64,000 nucleotides of DNA from Camelus ferus (taxonomy: Eukaryota). Positions 53,688 to 64,000 of the stretch are shown here, piece after piece. The notes below the pieces were generated by a model. The model saw only the letters and a list, made by a program, of their open reading frames with translations, had not been told where the DNA came from and made no database searches. The position numbers and the translations under genes were made by a program. Numbering within the stretch: position 1 is the stretch's first letter; every line of letters begins with the position of its first letter. Location of the stretch: contig NC_045696.1 of NCBI RefSeq assembly GCF_009834535.1, positions 110,734,001 through 110,798,000 on the forward strand, in the 5' to 3' direction.

Positions 53688-53830
53688 GACCTCTTTTTTT
53701 TTTTTAATTTTGGGGAGGGTAATTAGGTTTATTTTATTTATTTAGTTATCTTAATGGAGATACTGGTGATCGAACCCAGGACCTTGTTCATGCTAAGCAT
53801 GCACTCTACCACTTGAGCTATTCCCTCCCC
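53688..53830 (-). mobile_element. tRNA-derived SINE (vic-1-like, long tail)
   Basis: Perfect 14-bp TSD ttaaacacagttta at 53674-53687 and 53831-53844. Confidence 0.92.
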
Positions 53831-54392
53831 TTAAACACAGTTTAACCCACGTCTTCTTCCCAAAGCTGAGTTGACTATTGAAACCTATCTTTAAACATCA
53901 AGCAACACCTGTTAACAACATGTTGCACTAGCGTTCCACGGGATGCACAGTGGTGAATCTCTTTTAAAAGAGCATATGGTGACTCTGTTCATGAGAGAGA
54001 ACAAGAACACGACAGCTTCCTGCTCTTTCTGCCAAGGGCGATTTTTGAGAATTGGTGAAGATTTATTTTTCTTGGATCACAGTGGAAAAGCAAGGAAAGA
54101 AGCCACCTGCTGATTGTGAGTGAAGCCAATCAGCCGGTCCTGGACGGAGAGATCTCAGCTCCTTGTGGTGGATTTTATACACACATAGCAGGAACAGAGT
54201 ATGTCTAGTGATTAAGGGCATAGCTTCTGGAATCATACAGCCTGGATTCAAATCCTAGCTGTGTGGCCATGAGCAAGTTGCTTAATATCTTTGTGTCTCA
54301 ATTCCTTCATTTATGAAATAGGGTTAATAAGGCTTTTACATCTATAAAATAGGGTGAATAGCAATAGTAAGGGTTTTACAAAAGCCTTATAG

Positions 54393-54528
54393 GACGATTG
54401 CCAGATTTAGCAAGCAAAACTGCAGGATGCCTAAATATTTCATGGGAACATACGTGTACTAAAAACTTATTTGCTGTTTATCTGAAATTCAAATTTAACT
54501 GGGCATCTTGTGTTTTCTAGTAACCCTA
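54393..54528. mobile_element. MER53-like hAT MITE inserted in a MIR
   Basis: gattgccagatttagc...ctagtaacccta; TSD ccttatag/ctttatag. Confidence 0.65.
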
Positions 54529-55748
54529 CTTTATAGGGTTGTTGGGAGGGTAATATAGCATAATCCATGTTAAAACCTCAGAACAGTGCCTGGCACAGAG
54601 TAAGCATCAACCCCTGGTTATTGTCATTAATGTGACCGCTTTAACCAGAGGCACTTTTCTTCTATTCTGGTTCTCATAATAACTTCCTAGGGAATTCCCT
54701 GGGTATATTACTGAACCATTTATAGCCAGATATTTTCTATAATCAGTAAAAAGAAGACAGAGATATCTTCTGACTTGAGTCCTTAGATAGAGGTGGTTTT
54801 GTAAGGGCCAAGAAAGATGAATTAAGTTGTCCTCCATCTACTATTAATGGAAGGAAGCTATGGTAGGAAAAAATTGTTAACATTGGCTTTGTATGGTAAT
54901 TGTGAATTTTTTTAGCTCCTAGAGAGTGACCTTTGTACAGTTTTTCTTAGGGAAGAATTAACTTGTGGTCCCTGAATTTGTCACGGTGTTGACAGTGCAA
55001 TTTCTGAAGAGTCCCTGCACTTGCTTAATGGCATGTGGGTAGCAGTCTAACTCACATGGATTTCCCTATATAAATTATAGTTTTTTTTTTTTCAACACAG
55101 AAGCCCGGCAGTGGGTGAATCATTTGTAAATAAATTGATGATCTATTTCTCTAGTTTTCTCTCTCTCTCATTGTTGACTCATGACCTAGTAAAGTTTCAT
55201 TGGACTAAACATATGAAATTGCATAAACATATGAAATTTTTCTGTAGAAGGGAAAGAAAGAAGTTCTGAACATAGCAAGCTGAGAAGATAGAAACTTCAT
55301 GTTTAATTTTTAAGTAAAAGATGACCTCCCTCAAAATCATAAAAATAAAATTTGGATATGCTTTCAGAAAGACTATTTACTTATTTATTAGAATACTTTC
55401 ACTCTATCAAATAAAAAACGTGACGAAGAGAAGGAGATTGAGAGAGCTGTGAAAGACAAGGAGAGGGTCAGAGGCAGAGGGAGACAGTGAGTGGAACAGA
55501 AAAAAGAGAAACAGAGAAACAAAGAGAATCAAAGACCAAGACAGAAACCAAGAGACAGAAAGAGGTTAATTAATTCCAGGACTCAGAGTGAAGTGGTAAA
55601 TCCCCTTTACTTTGCAAACTGTCCTCCTGTCCATTTTTTAAAACAATGCCAACAGTATGTTTTCTTTCCTTGACAGCCCGCATTAGCCACCCTAGTCCCC
55701 TTTCCTAACATGTCACACATACTATGGGTGGGGAAAAACATGATTTTA

Positions 55749-55863
55749 CTTTATTTTTTTTAAGATTAAAAAGAATTTTTTTTTTTAAATGGAGGTACTG
55801 GGGATTGAACCCAGGACCTTGTAATGCTAAGCATGTGCTCTACCCCGAGCTATACCGTCCCCC
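55749..55863 (-). mobile_element. tRNA-derived SINE (vic-1-like)
   Basis: TSD aaaaacatgatttta (55734-55748) / aaaagcatgatttta (55866-55880). Confidence 0.9.
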
Positions 55864-56391
55864 TCAAAAGCATGATTTTAATGGTCAACCAAATCTATGC
55901 ATCAGGAAGTCATCCTAGAACTCTTTAGTTTCACTTTTATGCTTCAAAGACTATTTATAGATGTATTTTCTAATTTCCTGATAAACAAAAAGGGAAGGGG
56001 CTACTTCAGAAAATGACAGGTTTTTGGCTTGTCAAGAGAGAATCATTAGACTGAATGAAGCCAGTTTGGCTTCTGGTTCTGAACAGCGCCAGAAGAGGTT
56101 TCTCCTGGCGTTGTGTAGCTGTCAAAAGGAATCTGCATCCAAGGCAGTCGTAAAGTAAGCGAATAGATAAAGAAAGAACACCGGCAAAGTTGAAAGCAAC
56201 CAAACCAAACACGCTTCTGTCAGGACATGCTCAGTCTTCATTAGGAGGAACTTGCAAAACTTGCTTATTCACTTTCAGAGTTTGGTCTCCCGGAGACAAC
56301 TCTCAGGTAAAATGAAACCTGACTCCTGGATTTCAGACCCTGCTGGTAACAGTTGTAAGGGAAAAGCCATGAGAAAAGTCTACTTACTCAC

Positions 56392-56511
56392 CAATGTCAC
56401 AAACCTCAGCTCCTTGGCTCGCACACCTTGGTCTGGGCAGAAGGAAAGCAGAAGCAGGAGGCTGAGGCGAAGGCTCGCTGCCGGGGCCACGAGGAGGGTG
56501 GCAGCTGTCAT
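56392..56511 (-). CDS. ACP3: ACP3 coding exon 1 (signal peptide and start of mature protein)
   Basis: 120 nt, MTAATLLVAPAASLRLSLLLLLSFCPDQGVRAKELRFVTL then donor GTGAGT; resembles the human PAP N-terminus (...AKELKFVTL). Confidence 0.95.
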
Positions 56512-56584
56512 GCTGGCGAGAGCTGCTTCTGGCCGGAGTCGGGAGGTGCTGCTTCCAGTGCAAAAGGCATTAGAGGAGAAGCTG

Positions 56585-56591
56585 TTTTATC
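56585..56591 (-). promoter_or_regulatory. TATA-like GATAAAA element, candidate ACP3 core promoter
   Basis: GATAAAA about 75 nt upstream of the ATG; supported by position only. Confidence 0.4.
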
Positions 56592-57384
56592 GAGGGACCA
56601 AAAGGGAAGGAGGAGCTGGGAGGAGCCAAGACTCATGTATAGTAAAATCTCCAGGTAGCTAGGGGTGGGGCTTGGCATGTGCCTGGTCAGATCATTTTTG
56701 GGGCTGAGTGTTAGAGACCATGGTCTTCTGGATTTAAGTTGAAACACCAAGGCCCAGAGAGGGCGCAGCTTTGCTTGAGGTCACAGAGCATATTAGCAAA
56801 TATTTTTTGGTTTATCTTTATCTTTTCTTTAGATGGGTTATGATAGAATGTTTGCTTTGTGGCTATCAGTTGGGAGCGGGCTAAACTCCAACTTTGGAAC
56901 TCTTAGCCGAGTGATTCCTAATCTTTTAGCAATCCGGAATGATAGGGGGAGAAATGTGGAAGGCACTGCAGATCCTGGCATATTTTGGGTGTATTCTCCA
57001 GGCCAAACATGACTTTCTTTCTAAAACTCTCATGTAGCCTACGGAGGTATTTTTAAGCTAATGAGAAGTAAGAACAATTTTATTTTGAGGATATTTAGTT
57101 ACACTTTAAGATACCTGGCCTATCTCAAAATTAGGATTAGAAGTACCTTTCCTAACCTGACACAGTTTAAAAGCAATAATAATAACAACAACAAACTAAC
57201 CTACAGCTCAATTGTTAGTCACCAACTTTGGTTGAGGGTGTCTTACAGTCTGGGTGAGTCACACCCCTGCTTCTCCAGCCATGATCTCATCAAGGACACT
57301 ACAAAAGAGGGTAATCCTGACTGAGGGAATTCAGCTTTCCATTTTCCCCAACCTGTCAGTCCTATATAGGCTAAAACAGGTTTC

Positions 57385-57470
57385 TTTTTTTTTTTTTTTT
57401 TTTTTTTTTAATTGACGTATAGTCAGTTACAATGTGTCAATTTCTGGTGTACAGCATAATGTCTCAGTCA

Positions 57471-57502
<32 letters not shown>

Positions 57503-57520
57503 CACACATACACATATGCT
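57385..57520 (-). mobile_element. Very short L1 3' end with TG/TA microsatellite, about 0.9 kb upstream of the ACP3 ATG
   Basis: Poly-T plus aattgacgtatagtcagttacaatgtgtcaatttctggtgtacagc; flanks taaaacaggttt / taaaacaagatt. Confidence 0.8.
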
Positions 57521-58759
57521 CGTAAAACAAGATTTTTGTGCAGAGCTGCCTGTCATGATGCTTCCACCTCATCAGCGGAAGGGAAAACAATGATTTTTTT
57601 CCCCCACAACCTGTTCTCTGGTACATTGCCCTTAAGAGAGTTCTGTTGTTATGTGATCACAGGGTGTCCTAGAATGTGGCATGTGGGAGAGCCGTTGCTC
57701 CTTTGGGTGTGGAGAAATATGCATGGAGAATGAACGCATGTATGGTTAGGTTTCAACATTTAAGGGGACTTGTGACCCTCTCTTTCCCATCACAGTCTCC
57801 ACCTGCCAGTCCCCACTGTCATTTTTAATGGGTGAGACACGGAGGAGATGGGTGCAGGGAGAGGCTGAGAGGTTGTCCAGGGCGGAGAGGAAGTTGCCTC
57901 AGCGATCCCTGCTATCTGCACTAGGCGGACTGAGAAAGGAAGTTCCGGCACCTGCTGAGTTCTGAGCCATGTGCCTCCGGTTGTGCCAGACACTTGATTC
58001 TGTTCGGTGTGTTATTTTCTCAAGGATCAGCCTGCTCCTTGTTCTCCGGTCTTCTTCCTTGTCTCGCCCTTCGATTGACACCTGGCACTACTCTGGCTCA
58101 GTGATTCCTGACGGTGACTCTGGCTCTCTGACCTACCTGTGCTGTCTTGTGCTAGGCTGGATGAACCCTACTTCTGACCCAGACCCTTCTTTTTCCGAGT
58201 CACCGCCTCTGGGCTCCTTTTAGCCTTCCAAGTAAGAACAGTGCCGGCAACCACAGCAAGGACTTTTCATAGAGAGAGCCAGAAAAAGGCTGCTTGAACT
58301 GAATACATCTCGGCTCAAACTTAATTCAGGTTGGAAATGAGTGGATGGCTTATATTTCTACTCTTTCTCAGTCATCGTCCCGACTTCTGCTTTGATCGTC
58401 AAACTGTAAAGGGAGATTATAAATGTAGTTCTGAGCACCATGAAGCTGAATCTGAAAGATCCTCTAAATTCAGATGGATTTCATTTAAAATCCTCTTTGG
58501 CCTTTTGAACCTTGAGCTCATAAGGCATTTGTAAAACCTAAAAAGTTGTCTGGGATAAACGTATGGATGCGGTAGCCTTGAGAGTGAGATTCTAAAAAAT
58601 GGTGGGATGTCTTTACTAACGTCCCAGTGAAGGGGGTCAGTAATTCTGGTGTCAATGATTAGCATAACTAACTAGTTGAATCACTTTTGTTCCCTTGTCG
58701 GGCTTCTTTCTTCATATGTAAAGTGTTCAACCTCTAATTGACAAGGTGTTGGTAAGGTC

Positions 58760-59188
58760 TGTAGGTGGAGCAGCTCGGTTCCCCGGAAACCAAACTCCCA
58801 GGTGGAGATTTGCATGTAGGAAATTTATTAGGGAGTGCTCTTAGGATCAAAAACCGTAGTGGGAGAAGAGATGAACAGGGCTGGGAAGATGGAGAAGGCC
58901 TCAGCTGACCCTGCTAGGAGTTCTGAAGCTGGGCTGACCTCTGGGAGTTGTCCTGAACTGGGTCGAGGGAGCCAGGGCTTTTACCACTGCGTTAGCCAGT
59001 CATGGGAGGCAGGCTGCTCCTGGCAGGGCGTGTGACCCTGGGTGAGGGTGGCTGTCTTCTGCCGTAGCAGTTCTCAAAGAAGTTAACAGCTGAATGGTGT
59101 CAGACAAGCAATTCCCAACAGCTGGGGGGAGTGAATCCTTCAGATCATAAAAGGAGATCTGGGTAGTATGACACAAAACCCATGGCAA
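58760..59188 (-). mobile_element. ERVL LTR relic (LTR16-like)
   Basis: ggagatttgcatgtaggaaatttattagggagtgctctt motif; family recalled from memory. Confidence 0.6.
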
Positions 59189-60442
59189 AGCATAAATATC
59201 TATAGGAAAAAAGTTCATGATCCTTGGTAGATCAAGGGCTGTAAAAACATTGGTGCCTCTGATAGCAAGAGTTGGGGTTGGAGTTGAGATCCATCAATAG
59301 GTATATTGGTTGTTCCCCAGGTAGGAAGCCTGACTTGCTACATCTTTACAATTGGACTGTTCGGCTCCCAGTGCCTTTGGACTGTTGGGCATGCAATGCG
59401 TTGACCGATCAACAGTCAGTATAAAGGCAAATCATTGCATTAGAGACTTGTTACAATGTTAGCTGCTTTGAGGCAAAATTTTATATAAGATATATTTAGA
59501 GTAAAAGTTGTCCTCCCTCAACTGATCATTTTGGGGCTGTGTGTGTGTGTCTATTTGTCCTTGGCATAAAATAACTATTTTATTGTTTAATATTTAGACA
59601 GAGATCCTCTCATATAACCAATGACTATGTCACTGGAAAGTTACCAAAGTGAAACGTAACTTCAGAGATCATCAGAACACCTTTTCTGTGCTCCACAAAC
59701 TTCAGCATACATACATATCACCTTGAAAGCTTAATAAAATACAGATTCCTGGGGTTCACCCCAGAAACTCTGGCTCAGCAGATTCATTCAGATAAGATAA
59801 GCAACAGTGCCCTGCCACACTTTTTTGGAGTCCTAGGCAAAAGGGAAAAAAAATCAGTCATGCTGATCCTATCTTTACTTAAACTTTTGATACTTTTGAA
59901 AATCATAGATTTTTTACATCAATTTTTATTTTGAAAATATTGTGTTAAAATATTTTCATTGCAGAGCTTTTTGGCATCCCCTTAAATTATGCTCCCCCTG
60001 TGAGTGCCTCACTGTTCTCACTCTGGTTCCCAGATGTGACTCTAAGAACTGGAGGATGAGAGAGAATTTTTTTTTCTTTTTAAGTTAAATGATCTAATTT
60101 CCCCTTCTCAGTACAAGGAAACAAAGGTCCAGGTGAGATGAGGCCAGGTTTGGAGGACTTTACTCAGGAGTCAGAAACCGAAAGAGACCAAGTGCTGTGA
60201 GACAGAGCCAAGCGACGCTGCTGCTCCTTGCAGCCTCCCTGGGAAACCCTCGCCCTGCTTCTCTCACACTCAGGACTAACTAACCTGAGAGAGCGGAGCT
60301 GACGGTGACTCTCAATGACAAGGAGCTCTGAAGAACAGGGACAGAGTCCAGTCCTTCTGAAACTGAACGAATCTCAATTGTCCAGGTGCTGGCAGGAGAG
60401 AGCGGGCACGTAGGTTTTGTCACAGTCATTGCATGTGCAATA

Positions 60443-61895
60443 TTGTAATTTATAGGAAAAATAGATATTTCGTGAATCTGAATGACCAAATCTATATTTC
60501 CTATATACATTTGGTCTTCATTTATAGTTTCTGGTTTACAGCTCCCCAAACCCTTGGAATTTCCTGAGAGATGAGTAGTCAGATAATATTTGATCCCTTG
60601 TCCTCAGTTCCTGAAACTGCTTCAGGGAAGGTGAGTTTTGTATCCTACCCAAAAGTGGGGGGGTTTGTTGCCAGGAGAAACAACTATGTGATTAGAGGGC
60701 GGGAACTTTCAGTCTCAACACCTGACCACTGGAGAGGGAGAGGGGCTAGAAGCCGAACCAAAGGCCAATGATTTAATCAACCATGCCTAAGTAATGGAAC
60801 TTCCATAATGCCCCAAAAAAGACAGGGTACAGAGACCTGAGTTGGTAAACATGTGGAGACTGGGGAGAGTGGCATTCCTGGCTGGAAAGGGCATGGAAGC
60901 TCTGTGTCCTTTCCTCACACCTTGCGCTATGCATCTCTTCATCTGGCCATTTATTTGTATCCTTTAATATCCTTTTTTTTATTTGAAATAGAGTTGATGT
61001 ACGATATTATGTCAGTTTCAGTGTACTATACAGTGATTTGACATCTGCCTGCATTATAAAATGACCACCACAATAAGTCTAGTAACCATCTGTCCCCATA
61101 CCAAGTTATTATTGACCTTATTCCTTATGCTGTATATTAGATCCTTGTGTCTTATTTAGTTTGTAACTGAAAGGTTGTACCTTTTAATCCCCTTCATCTA
61201 TTTTGCCCCTCCCTGCCTCACCCTCCTCCTCTCAGGCAACCTATCCAATTCACTCTCTGCATCTGTGGGTCTGTTTTCATTTTGGTTTGATTGGTTTGTT
61301 TTCTAGATTCCACATATAAGTGAGATCATACAGTATTTATCTTCCTCTGTCTGACTTATTTAAGTTAGCTTAATACCCTCTAGATTCATCTATGTTGGGG
61401 CAAGTGGCAAGTTTTCATTCTTTTTCATGGCTGAGTAGTATTCTATGTTATATTTATACTGCATCTTCTTTATCCATTCATCCACTGATGCACACTTAGG
61501 TTGCCTCCATATCTTGGCTATTGTAAATCATGCTTCAATTAACATAGTTGTGCATTCCTTTAATATCCACTTATAATAAATCACCAATCTATGAATAAAC
61601 TGGTTTTCCTGAGTTCTGTGAGCCATTCTAGCAAGTTAATCAAACCAAAGGAGGGAATCTTGCAACTTAATCCAATTAGTAGCTGGTTGGTCAGAAGTGC
61701 AGGTAAAACCCTGGGCACAGGACTGGCACCTGAAGTAGAGAGTGGTCTGGTGGGAATGAGCCCTTTGCCTCCAGAGTCTGATTCTGTCTTTGGGTATCAG
61801 ATTTGAGTTGATTGTAGGACACCCTGCTGGCGTCCAAGAATTGCTTGCTGGTGTGGGGGAGCCCCCACATGCACAGGTTGGAATTGTGTCAGGAA
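60443..61895 (+). mobile_element. MER21-like LTR split by an L1 insertion
   Basis: ggccaatgatttaatcaaccatgcct and ttcctgagttctgtgagccattctagcaa motifs on either side of the insert. Confidence 0.65.
60973..61555 (-). mobile_element. L1 3' fragment nested in the LTR
   Basis: 13-bp TSD tcctttaatatcc at 60960-60972 and 61556-61568. Confidence 0.88.
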
Positions 61896-62789
61896 CCTTA
61901 CTTAGCATGTCCCCCTGTGGTTCTGATTACTGGAATAACCAGGCAAATACTGTCCTATTGCTGTCTCACATTTAATATAACCTTACGGCCAGAACACTAC
62001 ATTGATTCTATCATATTTCAAAGGTGAAGATCTCACAACTTAAAAAAATATTATCCCATCGCATTTGGTATGCACGTGTACTGAAGAAAAACGGAATGCA
62101 CACCCACGACATTTTGATGGTGGTTTGTTTCTGGGTGATACGGTTATAAGTGGTTTCATTTTCTTCTTTCTGCTTTTCCCTACTTTCCAAATTTCTTACA
62201 ATGAACAGATATTTTTATTCAAGTCAGAAAAGAACATTTAAAATGTCTAGTATTACCTATATGCTGTTTCTCACTTGATTTTTGGGTACCCTCAGGTTTA
62301 TAAAAGGTGGGTCTGAAAAGTAATTCAGTTTATAGCATAATTCACCTGCCTATTCCTATTCTACAGCCAATTCCTAAACTATTGAAGACAGAACATTTCC
62401 TTTCCCTTGCTTCAATTTCTGCCCTTGTCCCCTTTCTCCATCTTTTGATATGTCTTGTATTAGATTCTACAACTTCTTGTAGTTAACATGAAAACCCCAG
62501 AATAACACAATACCCATTTAGCGAGTCCTCAGTTTTGTCCTTAAGAATTTTCTGAATCAAATCAGGTCACTGGCCAATGAAAAAAAATCTTCCATTGGCT
62601 TCCCACAATGCTTAGAATAAAATCCCAACTCCCTCCATGGACTTCAAGGTCCCTCGTAATCTGCCTCCTGCGACCTCATCAACTCAGCCCTGTCACTAGC
62701 TTTTCCCTTGCTCACTCCACTCTAGTCGTGTGACCTCACTGTTCTTCAAACCAGCCACACCCACTACCACCTCAGGCACTTCGCATTTT

Positions 62790-63290
62790 CTTTTTTAATT
62801 GAAATACAGTCAGTTACAATGTGTCAGTCTCTGGTGTACAGCATAATGCCCCAGTCATGCATATACATACATATATTCCTTTTCATATTCTTTTTCATTA
62901 AAGGTTATTGCAAGATATTGCAATACAGAAGAAATATGTTTTTTATATATAGTGGTTAACCTTTGCAACTCTCAAACTTCCAAATTTATCCCTTCCCACC
63001 CTCTTTCCCTGGTAACCATAAGATTGTTTACTAAGTCTGCGAATGTGTTTCTGTTTTGTAGACGAGCTCATTAGTGTCCTCTTTTTTCTTTCTTTTTTCA
63101 GATTTCACATGTGAGTGATATCATATGGTATTTTTCTTTCTCTTTCTGGCTTACCTCATTTAGAATGACGATCTCCAGGTCCATCCATGTTGCTGCAAAT
63201 GGCACTATTTTATTCTTCTTTATGGCTGAGTAGTATTCCACTGTATAAATAAACCACAGCTTCTTTATCCAGTCATCTGTCAATGGACAT
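62790..63290 (-). mobile_element. L1 3' end (ORF2 C-terminus and 3'UTR)
   Basis: ORF 63098-63283 WIKKLWFIYTVEYYSAIKKNKIVPFAATWMDLE resembles the ORF2p C-terminus. Confidence 0.9.
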
Positions 63291-64000
63291 CTCTCTGCTA
63301 ACAGCTTCCCTCAGAGGGGCTGACTCTCTCACTCCACTTCTTTAGGACTCCCTGGACCACCCCGAGAAAACTAGCTGCTTTGTAACAGGCTCTGTCCTTC
63401 CACCTTATTTTATTTCTGTTACAGCACTTTTCATGCCTGGCATTCTGTTGTGTGTTTATGTATGTATTTATTTGGTTGTTTATCATCCGTTTCCTGCACC
63501 AGTATTTTAACCTCCTTGAGAGCAGAGGCATTTACTGCTGTGCCTTGTTCGATAGAACAATACCTGGCACGTGGAGGGGCTCATTAAACATTTGTTAAAT
63601 GAATGAATCCTTTCTAATCAACTTCTTTACCTAAAAAAAACAAAAAAACAAAATCCCATTACGTTTTGAAACTTTCTTGTAATATCTCTAAACTGGTTTT
63701 CTGTTTATTCCATCACTAGAGGGATGGGCATTTTTACCTCTTGGTTGACTTGCTTTGAATAAGTAGAGTTGCGTTAATCTTTATCTCTTGGTTCTGGGGT
63801 TTTCAAAGCTTTGTGATTGTCTAAGTTCTCTTCTCCAGGATTTGGCTGCTGACCTTAGGCTCCCTGCTAATTTCTGGCAATTGGGATATGTTTTGGGGGA
63901 ATCAGTCAGCTGAAGGAGAGGCATTTTTGAATCCTCTATTTGATCTGAAAAATTAATATAACTTCTTCATTTTATGTGAATATGTCTGTGTTTATGTAAT

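Noticed and set aside
56252..56662. 136-aa Arg-rich plus-strand ORF
   Set aside because: Antisense shadow of the Leu-rich signal peptide exon
55900..57300. Androgen response elements near the promoter
   Set aside because: I found no convincing AGAACAnnnTGTTCT-like palindrome by eye; a motif scan would be needed
1..64000. CRISPR arrays, operons, rRNA or a second gene
   Set aside because: Eukaryotic intron-rich DNA with no regular repeat-spacer array and no other spliced coding exons detected

Overview
Mammalian genomic DNA, probably camelid (six copies of a tRNA-derived SINE resembling vic-1, plus artiodactyl-type L1 3' ends). The window holds one complete protein-coding gene on the minus strand: ACP3/ACPP (prostatic acid phosphatase). 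I reconstructed 11 coding exons by hand, from the ATG at 56511 to the last stop at 13302, all with GT-AG boundaries. Two products are encoded. Reading exon 10 through to TAG (22464) gives a 385-aa secreted form. Splicing from an internal donor in exon 10 (22487) to distal exon 11 (13302-13420) gives a 417-aa transmembrane form ending in a YGNI sorting motif; this reading frame is missing from the ORF track. The rest is intronic or intergenic DNA with L1, L2, MIR, SINE, hAT/Tigger and LTR relics, many with readable target-site duplications (TSDs). I found no convincing new biological system. The best leads are two unexplained diverged direct repeats, a hairpin at a poly(A) site, differences from the human protein and a uORF overlapping the start codon. 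Repeat family names and human comparisons are from memory, not from a search.
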